From: Fibrobacterales bacterium
Lineage (GTDB): Bacteria; Fibrobacterota; Fibrobacteria; Fibrobacterales; JAOPTW01
DNA length: 46,035 nucleotides
Reading direction: 5' to 3'
Assembly (NCBI GenBank): GCA_051532055.1
Contig: JAOPTX010000004.1
Span: forward strand, 23,168-69,202
In this document: positions 30,417 to 40,760 of the stretch, in pieces
Layout of the letters: the number at the start of each line of letters is the position of its first letter
Numbering within the stretch: the first letter of the stretch is position 1
The notes under the pieces: generated by a model
The model's database searches: none
Told to the model about the DNA's origin: nothing
What the model saw: the letters and a program-made list of their open reading frames with translations, nothing else
Position numbers and translations under genes: made by a program

Positions 30417-33400
30417 TTACTCCGTATCCTCTATGCGAGAAACACCAAGTTTAAAGAGAGTTTGAAAAGGGGAGGTTTCTATTTTGGTGTCATCGTGAGT
30501 ATAACGGTAATATCCGGTAGCCCGTGCGATATAGACGCCAGTTGAAAGAACCCTATCATTGTAAGCATAAGGAGGAATAAACAGGGCAAAGGCCTCAGCT
30601 GTCTCTGAAGAGCTTTCGAGACAATCACCATCAAAAACATCCTCATTATTACAGTATACTGCACCGGTGTGGGTATTGATATAGTTTCCAAGAGTGTTAT
30701 AGACGGTTATGGTGTAGTGGTATGAATAGTGCTCAGGGTTGTTATCCGCCCAATCATAGGGGTCCATAAAATGCCAGAGAACTTCTTTCATATTGCTACC
30801 GAGTATTAATCCCGCTTGATTTTCGTCATCGAGCCCTGATCGACTCATGGGTATTGCAGTTAGGGTATCTTCAGGAGAAACATTTTGAAGGAGATCATCA
30901 GTAATTTCAAAGAAATCGTGTATGGATAGGTTTTGTCGGGTCGTCGATTGGACGACTACTGACAAAGCACTATCACCGGGGCTATTCCCTTCCAAATCCC
31001 TGATATTGTCTTTGTGATCATAAAAGGTAAGGTGGTCACCAACGGCAACACTATTGTCCTCGTTATTTTCAAATACTATGCGGTGCACAGTGAAGGGTAT
31101 CGTCTCATTTGAGATTCGATTTGCTTCACTGGATAGAGTAGCGTTGTCACCTTTCCTATCAGTGGCTGTATATCCTTTGTTGCCTTCTTTATAGAGATCC
31201 TTCTCTTCTAATGGCTCGGTGAGTTGCACAATAAGGGTGTCCAAATCTCCTTTGATACCCCGGAGGAGCTCTGCAGATACGAGAACAGGAGGCATTGCGT
31301 CAGTCATCTCAATGACGTGTTGTCGAGACTCACCCGTTTTTGGATGTTTATATTCTATCAGAGCGCTTTCTTGTGCAGGGTCAGTAATGTGGGTGAGCAA
31401 TGGATGAATTGTGTATCGTTTGTTGGGAATATTCCAATAGATGACAAAGGGGTCATCAGTGGGCTTGAGTTCTCCTGCTTTGGGTTGTAAAGGAACTGAA
31501 TCACTGTTCGGCCAAGTAAAAGTGATGTCAAGGTTTTCAAGTACAGAATCTGTGGGAGCTGTTTTGAAAGAAAGTTCTATCCTATCCATGGTACCATCAC
31601 TATTGGTATCTATGTACCGGTTACCATGTTTGTCGGGCAAAAAGTTTGGATAGTCAAGGACCGTAATTTGGGGGGTCTCAATTGAATTCACTCGTTTGTT
31701 GTGGGGGAACTCGGTAGATACATCGGGTTCAAAGGTGATGGTAATCTCTTCCTTTTTAATGGGTTCATCAGAAAAGATAGAGAATTGAAAGAGCCCTTCA
31801 TTGTAGCTTTCATTACTTATGTCAAAAAGAGAACTCCCTTCGAATGAGAATGATCCCTCACATGATTCACAGAGTATGGTATCGTTTCCTGAGTCATCTT
31901 TGGTAACTTCAAAAATTTTTACTGCAAAATCATACTGTTCTAAGAGGCCAATTTCTATGGGGTCAGATGAAAGTTCATTTTTGGGTGACCAGGGTTCCAC
32001 CAGTTGCAAAAAGTAATCATAATTGGTGACCTGGACCTCTACATAGCTCTGCTCTTCAGAGCTGGTACTTTGAGAACGGTGAATAAGGTAGTACGTTCCT
32101 TCTTCGATATCGGAATCTTCTTGAATGGCCAACAAATCAATAGCGAATTGATATTGATTGTTATCAATGATTATTCCTTTGTTTAAATGACTTTCACCAG
32201 CATCAAGAGGGATATCATCTGAACTAATAGTGGTATCGGTACTCCAGAAAAAGTCTGACTCTTTTTTAATGCTTGTTTCATCAGGGGAGCAGCCACCGGA
32301 CTTTTGAATATGTCCTTCATGTATTGTGTAGTAGTTTGTTTGGCGGTTTTTACTTGAACTGTCGAGTTCATTATGATAATAGCGTGGTGGGTCAAAATCG
32401 ATGTCGGTCTGTATTTTTAAGTTTGATTGATCGGTTTGACGTTCACAGTAGAAAATCCTAAAGTCTTGACTTTCGCCAATATCACTTGGCTCTAAATGGT
32501 CGTCTATTTTAAGAGAGCCTGCAATGGATTTATGAATGCCTCCAATGTCGAGTACTAAGGAACCATTAAGATACACCCACATGTCATCATCACCTTCAAA
32601 TTCAAAGTGCTGCCCTTCTTTGTAGGTGAAGCTTGTAGCAATATTCATACAGAAGTGGTAGTTGTGTTTTAGTGGACGACCTTTGCTATCCTTTAATTCG
32701 CTGCCATTTTTAAGGCTGTTGTTTTCATGGGGGAAGGTATCGAGGGGGTAGAACCCTTTTTCTCCCGAGTGATCATCGATATCAACCGTCTCGTTAAATT
32801 CATAAATGCCCTCGCTATTGGGTGAAAATTGTAAATCGACACAACTGCGATTACCTTGAGCTGCGCCTTCTTCCACGGTAAACCAGCGCGTGATTGATTC
32901 TGCAAAGCATTTACTTGCATTGGGACCAGGAACAGGTAAATTGTCAGAATTGAGGGTGTCAGCGGCAAGTCCTTTAATAATACCATCGGGGTTGCAGGCA
33001 TCCCAGCCTGGTTGAAAGGCGCCAAAATCATAAGCATCCCAGTCGTAAATGACCCCTTTGAGTTGAGTAAGGAGGCAGTGACCGGGTTTATCGAGTTTAG
33101 GCCTTGATGCAGTTACACTTGGTGAGGTCGTAGCATCCAATGTAAGATACACCTCAGTATTGGTGGAGAGGATTCCCGAAAGGTCAATGCCGTCTGAGTC
33201 ATCTTTTCCAGTCTTTCCATAGATCTCATCTTCTTTGTTCATGAGGGTAATTGTTTGGAATTGTCCGGTATGAGGAATCTCAAGAGTGTGCCATCCACAG
33301 TTTTCTGCATCGGGAGTAGGGTAGAGACGGGAATCATTGGGAAGTACAACAATAGGAGCAAAAGTATCCCAAGGAGAAAAAATATGGACCTCTTTACATT

Positions 33401-33827
33401 TTCCACTGAGTTCAGCAGGTCTTTCATAGTGAAGAGTATAGGTATTGTCGTCATTAAAAACGAGAAACCGGTCAACAAGAGGTTCATCGCTATCATAGTA
33501 TCCATTCGTTACACCATCATCTTGCATTAAGGAAATATAGGCAGTACTGCCTTCTCCACCTGCGCCATAGGAGTCATCGGCACTGTTTGTAAATTTGACT
33601 TGTTTATAATCGTTTGCACCCTCTGCGGAGTAGGTGTACCAACCACAATGGTTTTCATCTTTTGACATAGAAATTGATTTATGTTCATCGCCGTATGAAT
33701 TTCGGATGAGGGTTGGTTGTGTACCCCACGGTGAAAACAGGTGAAGATTACGTACGTTTGCCCCATGAACTATTTCGGTTGAACATACGAGTCCAATTAA
33801 TAGTATAAATATGTAAATCTGATTCAT
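30417..33827 (-). CDS. Fibro-slime domain protein (two N-terminal CBM26-like modules, PA14-like fibro-slime core, C-terminal domain)
   Basis: GFYPLD, HNYHFC, F.Y..GQ.FEFEGDDDMWVYLNGSLVLDIGGIH and FYCERQT; repeated H.FSPW...CGW modules. Confidence 0.92.
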   Translation of the reverse strand: MNQIYIFILLIGLVCSTEIVHGANVRNLHLFSPWGTQPTLIRNSYGDEHKSISMSKDENHCGWYTYSAEGANDYKQVKFTNSADDSYGAGGEGSTAYISLMQDDGVTNGYYDSDEPLVDRFLVFNDDNTYTLHYERPAELSGKCKEVHIFSPWDTFAPIVVLPNDSRLYPTPDAENCGWHTLEIPHTGQFQTITLMNKEDEIYGKTGKDDSDGIDLSGILSTNTEVYLTLDATTSPSVTASRPKLDKPGHCLLTQLKGVIYDWDAYDFGAFQPGWDACNPDGIIKGLAADTLNSDNLPVPGPNASKCFAESITRWFTVEEGAAQGNRSCVDLQFSPNSEGIYEFNETVDIDDHSGEKGFYPLDTFPHENNSLKNGSELKDSKGRPLKHNYHFCMNIATSFTYKEGQHFEFEGDDDMWVYLNGSLVLDIGGIHKSIAGSLKIDDHLEPSDIGESQDFRIFYCERQTDQSNLKIQTDIDFDPPRYYHNELDSSSKNRQTNYYTIHEGHIQKSGGCSPDETSIKKESDFFWSTDTTISSDDIPLDAGESHLNKGIIIDNNQYQFAIDLLAIQEDSDIEEGTYYLIHRSQSTSSEEQSYVEVQVTNYDYFLQLVEPWSPKNELSSDPIEIGLLEQYDFAVKIFEVTKDDSGNDTILCESCEGSFSFEGSSLFDISNESYNEGLFQFSIFSDEPIKKEEITITFEPDVSTEFPHNKRVNSIETPQITVLDYPNFLPDKHGNRYIDTNSDGTMDRIELSFKTAPTDSVLENLDITFTWPNSDSVPLQPKAGELKPTDDPFVIYWNIPNKRYTIHPLLTHITDPAQESALIEYKHPKTGESRQHVIEMTDAMPPVLVSAELLRGIKGDLDTLIVQLTEPLEEKDLYKEGNKGYTATDRKGDNATLSSEANRISNETIPFTVHRIVFENNEDNSVAVGDHLTFYDHKDNIRDLEGNSPGDSALSVVVQSTTRQNLSIHDFFEITDDLLQNVSPEDTLTAIPMSRSGLDDENQAGLILGSNMKEVLWHFMDPYDWADNNPEHYSYHYTITVYNTLGNYINTHTGAVYCNNEDVFDGDCLESSSETAEAFALFIPPYAYNDRVLSTGVYIARATGYYRYTHDDTKIETSPFQTLFKLGVSRIEDTE

Positions 33828-34027
33828 TAGTGTGTGCCTCCCGCAATCAGATGAGTGTGTGTATTTTGTGTGCAGTAGATTTTAAAGAATAAATTGTAAG
33901 AACATTCTATTCAATTCGGTGCCCAAACCGTTCTAGTAGCAGCGATAGAAAAATAGGTTCTCGAAATTAAAAAGGACGATAGAGGATGAAAGTGAAGCAC
34001 ACTCTCAGGACAACGCTGTCCAGAATG

Positions 34028-34054
34028 GTGTAAATGTAAACTTTACATTTACAC
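34028..34054. repeat. Perfect 13-bp inverted repeat between the two fibro-slime genes
   Basis: GTGTAAATGTAAA-C-TTTACATTTACAC. Confidence 0.8.
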
Positions 34055-34090
34055 TACTTGTGGTGTTTGGGCGTGGGAGGGGGAGTTATG

Positions 34091-37000
34091 TTACTCTTTG
34101 CGAAGAACACCGATATTAAAGAAATCATGTTCGGGAGTTGTTGTAATATTGGGGCCACCACCTCTTGGGTCATAGCGGTAAAATCCTTCAAAGCGAACAA
34201 TATACACTCCGGTTCCGAGCAGACGGTTCTTAATAGAAAACGGTGGGATATACAGTGCAAAGCTCGGGGAGTCAGCTGCACTAAAATCAAGGCATGACAT
34301 TCCAAATAATTCAGTGTCATTGCATGAAACTTCTGCATTGATACTATTGACAAAGGTACCAAGGGTACTATAAATAGAGAGTGAGTAGACATATGAAAAG
34401 CGTGATGCATCGCTCTCATTTTTACCATCATCATCCATGAGGTGCCAGAGAATGTCTTGCATATGTGCGGGCTTCATGATGCCGGCATTGAGCGAGTCGA
34501 TAGTGTTCCCATGGGGGATAAATTCTTGGGATTTAAATGAGTCAAAGGACTCTTCCAGGTAGTCACTTTCTATGTATATGAAATCATTTTTTGTGGTCTT
34601 ATTATGTGCGATGGCTTTCACAACGACTGCACGTGTTGTGTCACCCGGAAGATTGTTATTGGGATCTCGTATTCTGTCTGCACCCTCTGCTATTCTTAGT
34701 GAATCACCTTGCCAAATGGGGTGATCATCGGGGGCACCCGAAACATCAAAAAAGAGTGTTTGAGCCATCCACCTATTATCGGTACGGTAGAGTGAACTTT
34801 TATCAGCTCTGAGTGTTTCGTAGCCATCCTCTTTTTTAGGCTGTCTTTCATAATTGCGAGTACCATTTTTATAGGTACTTCTGAGTTGTACTTCTTCAGA
34901 GAGTGTTACAACGAGGGTATCTTTTAAGGGGCCTTGATAGAGCCATGCCTGTACGATGACGGGAGGCATCATGTCGCTTAATGTTATGGTATACTCATCA
35001 GGTTCGTCCATCCAAGGATATTGGTAGGTAACGGTGGCCTCTTCAAATATTTTATCAATGATGCTGGTTGTGTAGGGTCTCAATGTATATTCATCAGAGG
35101 GGATATCCCAGTAGGCAAAGAGTGGGTCTTCTGCTGGCTCAAAACTACCCGGGGCTGGGACAAGGGGAGTGTCTTTGGAATGGGGCCATTTAAAAGATAT
35201 TGAGAGGTTTTTAATCGCTTCTAACGGGGGGATGTTGTCGTACCGTATAACAATGCGGTCCATTGTACCATCGCTATCGCGATCTATGTAGCCGTGACCA
35301 CTCGGTGCAGGATAAAAATTTGGGGTATCACTTATGGTTATTTCAGCTGACTGAGCTTCTCGTGGTTCTTTTTTTGCAGGGAGGGGTGCATTGGGTTCTG
35401 GAGTATAGATAACAGAGAGTATTCCCTGTGATACTGGGTTTTGAGCGGTAATGTCAAAGGTGAGTATCTCTTTTGATACTGTAGAGTCAACAATGCTCAG
35501 GGTGGTGTCACTTGACGTAAGAAGAAAGGTTCCTTCGCAATTGGTGCAAGGGACGGTGTCGTACCCATTGCCCTCATTAAATATTTCAAATACTCTCACG
35601 GCAAAAGAGGTCGATTGATCAGCGCCTAAAAATATAGGTGCCATAGGTTTGATGTCTGTAAATTGGCGATTGGTATTGTTGGGGTCAACAAAGGAGATAT
35701 AGTACTCGTTGGTGGTGACCTTTACTTCTACATGAAGGGTGTCACTACCTGGGGTTGTTGATGTGTGAATCAGGTAATAGGTTCCAAGAGGGAGAGATGA
35801 TATGTCTTCTGGTGATACGGAAAATTCGAAGGCATTTTTGTGGAGAGAAATTCCTTCAAAGTGAGTAGTACCTGGACTAAGAAGTGAATCGATTGATTCG
35901 TTGAGAAGAGTGTCACTGCTCCAGTAAAAAAGTGAGGTGGAGTCGACAACATTTGCATAGGGATTACAGCCGCCTTTAAAATTACGGCCAGAGTGAATAG
36001 TGTATTTGGTGATTCCATGTTGCGTAGTGCTTGTGCTATGATGGTATATGTCCGGAACTTTAAAATCGATATCGGTTTCAATTTTTAGGTTAGAGAGCGT
36101 CTTTTTTCGTTCACAATAAAAAATGTCAAAGGTGTGGGTTTTGTTAACATCTTGAGGGCCCAGGACCGTGTCGAGTTGCAATACACCACGTGCTGGCCTG
36201 TGAATGCCACCAAGATCAAGGACAAGGGTGCTGTCGATAAATACCCAGAGATCATCATCACCTTCAAATTCAAATTCTTGACCAGTAAGGTACGTGAATT
36301 CGCTGTTGACCATCATGCAGAAGTGGTAGTTGTGGTTACTCGTACCATACATTAAGCTATTATTTGGGTGGTTAAACTTGTCGAGTGGGAAAAACCCTTG
36401 AGGATTTTTCCATTCATCCGGGTCTTCACGGACATGTTCGATAGCGAAATTTCCACGCTCATTGGGGGTGAGGTCGAGATCGACGCAATGTTGGTTCGTT
36501 TCAAAATTAACGAGCCGTTCCTGAAACCACTCAGTAACTTTTTCGGCCATGCATCGTGATGCTTGGTCACCGGGCATTGGCAGGCCGTTACTATCGAGTT
36601 GGTTTTTGACTAATCCTCGAGAGACACCGTCATTGTCACTGTCACAAGCGTCTTTAGGTGGTTCAAAGGCAGGTATTGAATCTGAGCTGCGCATGAAGTC
36701 GCCAGCAGTCCAGTCAAAAAGGGTCGCTTTTAATCTGCCAATTAAACATTCTGCATCGGGAATATCAGGACGTATTTTAGTTGTCTCATAATAGCTATTG
36801 GTGAAAGTGAGATAGAGCGCGCTATTGTCTCCAGAAGGAAAATGTGTGTCAATATTGAGATGGGTATCGCTTCCCGCACCATCGGTACCGTATTGCTCCC
36901 CTGTTTTTGTCTTGATTAAAAAATGAGGAAATGGATCGGTAGAAGTATTGGTGTAAGTATACCAGCCACACTCTTCTCTGTCTTGAATGAGTGCCCCTTT

Positions 37001-37129
37001 CGAGCTGTCAAGAAAGACCATTAGAGGGATGCTTTTTTTCCAAGGAGAGTATATATGCAGGGTGCGGGTTTGCTCTTGCCCAAAAAGGGACATTGAAATA
37101 AGTAACACAGCCGCAACAATTAATTGCAT
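34091..37129 (-). CDS. Fibro-slime domain protein (tandem paralog, one N-terminal module)
   Basis: GFFPLD, HNYHFC, FEFEGDDDLWVFID..LVLDLGGIH and FYCER; collinear with 30417-33827. Confidence 0.92.
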   Translation of the reverse strand: MQLIVAAVLLISMSLFGQEQTRTLHIYSPWKKSIPLMVFLDSSKGALIQDREECGWYTYTNTSTDPFPHFLIKTKTGEQYGTDGAGSDTHLNIDTHFPSGDNSALYLTFTNSYYETTKIRPDIPDAECLIGRLKATLFDWTAGDFMRSSDSIPAFEPPKDACDSDNDGVSRGLVKNQLDSNGLPMPGDQASRCMAEKVTEWFQERLVNFETNQHCVDLDLTPNERGNFAIEHVREDPDEWKNPQGFFPLDKFNHPNNSLMYGTSNHNYHFCMMVNSEFTYLTGQEFEFEGDDDLWVFIDSTLVLDLGGIHRPARGVLQLDTVLGPQDVNKTHTFDIFYCERKKTLSNLKIETDIDFKVPDIYHHSTSTTQHGITKYTIHSGRNFKGGCNPYANVVDSTSLFYWSSDTLLNESIDSLLSPGTTHFEGISLHKNAFEFSVSPEDISSLPLGTYYLIHTSTTPGSDTLHVEVKVTTNEYYISFVDPNNTNRQFTDIKPMAPIFLGADQSTSFAVRVFEIFNEGNGYDTVPCTNCEGTFLLTSSDTTLSIVDSTVSKEILTFDITAQNPVSQGILSVIYTPEPNAPLPAKKEPREAQSAEITISDTPNFYPAPSGHGYIDRDSDGTMDRIVIRYDNIPPLEAIKNLSISFKWPHSKDTPLVPAPGSFEPAEDPLFAYWDIPSDEYTLRPYTTSIIDKIFEEATVTYQYPWMDEPDEYTITLSDMMPPVIVQAWLYQGPLKDTLVVTLSEEVQLRSTYKNGTRNYERQPKKEDGYETLRADKSSLYRTDNRWMAQTLFFDVSGAPDDHPIWQGDSLRIAEGADRIRDPNNNLPGDTTRAVVVKAIAHNKTTKNDFIYIESDYLEESFDSFKSQEFIPHGNTIDSLNAGIMKPAHMQDILWHLMDDDGKNESDASRFSYVYSLSIYSTLGTFVNSINAEVSCNDTELFGMSCLDFSAADSPSFALYIPPFSIKNRLLGTGVYIVRFEGFYRYDPRGGGPNITTTPEHDFFNIGVLRKE

Positions 37130-37432
37130 CTAAAGAGGTCCTGGTGGTGTTGAAATAGCCTTGAATCTCCTTGGGTGGAGTTGTATAATAGGGCGTATTT
37201 ATTGGGTATATGGCTAAAAACTATATTTATTCTACTATGGTAGGAGTAAAAAAGAGCACTGCTATCTCTTTTTAGGCATTCGGTTGAATGGGCTCATAAT
37301 TCAGTGGTTGAGGGGGTCTATAATCTGGACGTTCATGTGTAATTAACGAACACAGATTTGATATTAATGTTGCGTGAATAAGAGAAATGAGGTGAAATAA
37401 CTATTTTTATCTAAAAATCTTTGGAGTGAACA

Positions 37433-37738
37433 ATGTTGAATGAGCAAAATGAGCCGAAACCAGGCCCTAATGACCAACAAGACCTTTTTGAAATGGCTGA
37501 TAAGTTTATAGAGGTAGCAAATTTGTTTCTTGAAGCGAAACATGAGCTCCCTCGAGTGAGTGCGGCTTTTCGCTATGCAGCTTCCCGATTTAATGCCTTT
37601 GAAGTTACTACTGGAGCAACATGTATTACTGAAGACCCTCAGTCAACTATTGATTGGTTTTCTGAACAATATAAAGAGATGTTTACCGGTAACTTAAAAG
37701 AGCAGATCGATTCGGTAAATGCGGGCGATAAGCACTAA
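37433..37738 (+). CDS. DUF3144-like protein
   Basis: F.MADKFI.VAN, VSAAFRYAASRFNAF and F..QY..M...NL. Confidence 0.8.
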   Translation: MLNEQNEPKPGPNDQQDLFEMADKFIEVANLFLEAKHELPRVSAAFRYAASRFNAFEVTTGATCITEDPQSTIDWFSEQYKEMFTGNLKEQIDSVNAGDKH

Positions 37739-37741
37739 TCT

Positions 37742-37939
37742 ATGCGTTTTGAAGTTGTTCCTTATTCTGTACAGTGTCCCTACTGTTGGCAATCATTTGA
37801 AATTTTTGTGGATTGTTCAGTAGACCAGCAAAAGTATATTGAGGATTGCGAAGTGTGTTGTCGCCCCATTATTTTAGATATTTCAGTTTCAGAAGATGGT
37901 GATGTATGGGTTGATGCATTGAGTGAGGATGATGGTTAG
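37742..37939 (+). CDS. CPXCG-motif cysteine-rich (zinc-ribbon) protein
   Basis: CPYCW...YIEDCEVCCRPI. Confidence 0.88.
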   Translation: MRFEVVPYSVQCPYCWQSFEIFVDCSVDQQKYIEDCEVCCRPIILDISVSEDGDVWVDALSEDDG

Positions 37940-38028
37940 TAACTAACTGTTGTTAATACATAAACTCATTGGTCAATGTGGGTTTTCAGTCTACATTTAT
38001 CCATAGAGTTATTACACGCAGACATGCT

Positions 38029-38292
38029 ATGCCTCTACCACACCTATTGATAATTGTATCTCTACTGGTACAGTTTCTTCCAGCTCAGACTATCGATGAT
38101 TTTGTCGATGATCTGGTAAACCAAATGACGCTTGAAGAAAAGCGTGATCAGCTTTCAACGAATCATTCTCCAGCAAATGGAGTGTACTCTATTATGACCA
38201 CTCATGAAATATCGTCTTTGCCAAAAGGCGTGTATGTCTTAAAAATGGAACATGATGCTTACAATTCTCAGTCGGTTATTTTTAAGAAATAG
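38029..38292 (+). pseudogene. Internally deleted GH3 gene: signal peptide, GH3 first helix and T9SS-like tail
   Basis: VDDLVNQMTLEEK..QL matches the GH3 N-termini in this window (LLGQMTTEEKVGQM); the ORF ends LPKGVYVLKM...SVIFKK. Confidence 0.65.
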
Positions 38293-38498
38293 TCCTCTTT
38301 TTCATTATACACTTATGGACAAAAATGGTAGAAGAGGTGTAAATGAGCCATTGAGGAAGTTGAGCTTTGGGTTGAGTTTTGGTCAACTGTAAAGAATTAT
38401 TTGCAAATCAACTCTTTTCATATGGACAAATAGATTGCATATGTTTCTACATTTGGATAGATTAAGTCTTATGCATAACTACACCTGGTGGGGCCCTC

Positions 38499-39320
38499 AT
38501 GAAGCCGATATATAATTTTCTAGATTATCGGGAGTTTCTCAAAGAGTTTTACGAAGAAAAAAAGTCAGAAAATTTCTTTTTCTCGTTTCAACACATGGGC
38601 CAACGGGTCGATATGGATGCGTCGTATTTGGCAAAAATAGTCTCTGCGCAGCGGCATATACCGGTAAAGAAAATCCCAGCTTTTTTGAAACTCTGTGAGC
38701 TTACTGGTTCCCAGGCTGAGTATTTTGAAACATTGGTCTTTTTTTGTCGTGCAAAATCAGATAAAGAAACAAAGCTTCATTATGAAAACCTCATTAAATT
38801 GCGTGCTGTAAAGGGGTTTACCCTTACTTCTATTCAATATAAGTTCTACTCGAAATGGTATTATACGGCAATTAGAGCAATGCTCGGACTCAATGATTAT
38901 AGTGATGATTATGAAGAAATATCACACAAACTTGACCCGCCACTCAGGCCGTTACAGGTTAAACAGGCTATCACATTCATGTTGCGCTCAAAGATTATTG
39001 AGTATACTGATGAGGGGGTGTTAAAGCCTACTTATCGACATATTTCATCAGGAAAAGCCTCCGATCGCCAAGCTATTCGGTCTTTTCAAAAAGAGATGAT
39101 GACTATGGCTTCACGATCTCTTGAAGCACATCCGCCTGAAGAACGTGATATTTCTACAATTACTGTGGCGATAAATAAAAATACAATGGAATCGGTGAAA
39201 AAAATTATAGAAGATTGTCGTGAGGCAATACGGCAGTGTGTTGATATGGACAAGAATCCTGACACAATATATCAGGTTAATTTTCAAGTCTATCCCTTAT
39301 CTCGGGAGGGCAAAGAATGA
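38499..39320 (+). CDS. TIGR02147 (DUF4423) family protein, putative HTH regulator
   Basis: IYNFLDYREFLKEFY, FYSKWYYTAIR, ERDISTIT and IYQVNFQVYPLS. Confidence 0.9.
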   Translation: MKPIYNFLDYREFLKEFYEEKKSENFFFSFQHMGQRVDMDASYLAKIVSAQRHIPVKKIPAFLKLCELTGSQAEYFETLVFFCRAKSDKETKLHYENLIKLRAVKGFTLTSIQYKFYSKWYYTAIRAMLGLNDYSDDYEEISHKLDPPLRPLQVKQAITFMLRSKIIEYTDEGVLKPTYRHISSGKASDRQAIRSFQKEMMTMASRSLEAHPPEERDISTITVAINKNTMESVKKIIEDCREAIRQCVDMDKNPDTIYQVNFQVYPLSREGKE

Positions 39321-40690
39321 GTTATTTTATAGTAGTGGTTGTGGCGCTCACCTGGTTAACGGGTTGTAGTGCTATGGATGGATTGTTTGCGGGGGAGACG
39401 AATACCTCAGAAACACAAAACACTATCGCGGAGGAAAGCTCAAGTAGCGAACTCTCTTCTGTGGTGCAATCGAGTTCGGTGCAAATAAGTTCTTCGAATG
39501 GAGGAGGCTCTCAGAGTAGCTCCAGTATGGCATTTTCAAGTTCAGAACTTGTCTCAAGCGATGGTAAGGAGGGGATGAATCTTCGCATTCGAAATGCAAG
39601 TGGTGAGATGGCTGCAAAAATTCCTGTGACGGTGGTTTCTCAGTCTGGTTGGGAAAGTGGTGTGTTTGCGGATACGCTTGTTGGCGCTCATAGCCTTGTT
39701 TCGGATGATTCTGGGAATGTGTATATTCCTGCATTAGCAGAAGATAATTGGAGTTTACTTATTGAGCATGAACAGGAAGGGTTGTTTATGGCGCTGACTG
39801 CGAGTATTGATGGTGATACTGTTACGACAGAGCCTTTACTGAAGCATAATGGTAACGTGGGTGGGTATGTTCCCAAAAATAGTGAGATCTGCCTACAGAG
39901 TACACAATTCTGCTCGATAGTGAGTGATAGTGGTGACTTTGCCTTTGATGGCGTTCCGCAAGGGGATTTTAAACTTGCATTTGTTGATGGTTCAAGTGAA
40001 TCTATTACGTCTATAATCCAGTATAAATTTCGTCCCGGTGGGGAAGAGGTTGACTCAATATATTATGAGCAGAATCACATTACTCTTGAAGACTTTCAGG
40101 ATAAAGATCATTTCGGGAGTCTTTCGACTTGGAGTGGAAGTGGGCACTGGTGGCAGAATGCCGATGGTGCTTCTTACTGGCCTAATGATAATAGGCAAAT
40201 GGACCTCGCTATGGTACCAGGCCCAGAAGGTGATGGCGATTGGGCTTATAAACAGCAAATTACTTTTAACGAAGCTGATGTCATTAGATGGATGAATTTG
40301 GGCCTCAATTTTGGTGAAGGAGCAGATGCCGTCACTAGTTCTGTTTGGGCCGATATTTCAGCTATGGACAGTATTACCTTTACTATTAGTGGAACGGGTA
40401 AATTCGAATTTTTTATTCAATCAGCCTACACTTTGGAAGATCACCTTGATTTTTATGTGCCGGTAGCCCTTGGTGGTGGATGGCATGAAGTTACAATACG
40501 CTCTGAAAATTTTATTCGCAGGCCAGGGTCACTGGTTGAAGAGCGTGACATTGGTTTTTCACAGGCTGCCACGCGTACTGCCGCTGTTGTCTTCAGGTTT
40601 TTAGATGAAGGTGACTTCATTATAGATGATATCAAGATTCACGGGATTGAGGTGATTCACTTCTACCCAGGAAGTGATACTGGGGACTAA
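39317..40690 (+). CDS. Lipoprotein: Ser linker, Ig-like domains, C-terminal CBM11/CIA30-like domain
   Basis: ATGA overlap with the TIGR02147 gene; lipobox LTGC; LEDFQD...WW...DIS...ITF...GW..VTI...F...IDDIKI. Confidence 0.8.
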   Translation: MSYFIVVVVALTWLTGCSAMDGLFAGETNTSETQNTIAEESSSSELSSVVQSSSVQISSSNGGGSQSSSSMAFSSSELVSSDGKEGMNLRIRNASGEMAAKIPVTVVSQSGWESGVFADTLVGAHSLVSDDSGNVYIPALAEDNWSLLIEHEQEGLFMALTASIDGDTVTTEPLLKHNGNVGGYVPKNSEICLQSTQFCSIVSDSGDFAFDGVPQGDFKLAFVDGSSESITSIIQYKFRPGGEEVDSIYYEQNHITLEDFQDKDHFGSLSTWSGSGHWWQNADGASYWPNDNRQMDLAMVPGPEGDGDWAYKQQITFNEADVIRWMNLGLNFGEGADAVTSSVWADISAMDSITFTISGTGKFEFFIQSAYTLEDHLDFYVPVALGGGWHEVTIRSENFIRRPGSLVEERDIGFSQAATRTAAVVFRFLDEGDFIIDDIKIHGIEVIHFYPGSDTGD

Positions 40691-40722
40691 TTTTAAGGAT
40701 TAATAGACAAAAAATGCACCGA

Positions 40723-40760
40723 AAGGCTAAGAGTGTTGAGTACTCTTAGCCTTGTTTGTT
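40723..40760 (+). terminator. Probable terminator
   Basis: AAGGCTAAGAGT-GTTGAGT-ACTCTTAGCCTT followed by GTTTGTT. Confidence 0.7.
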
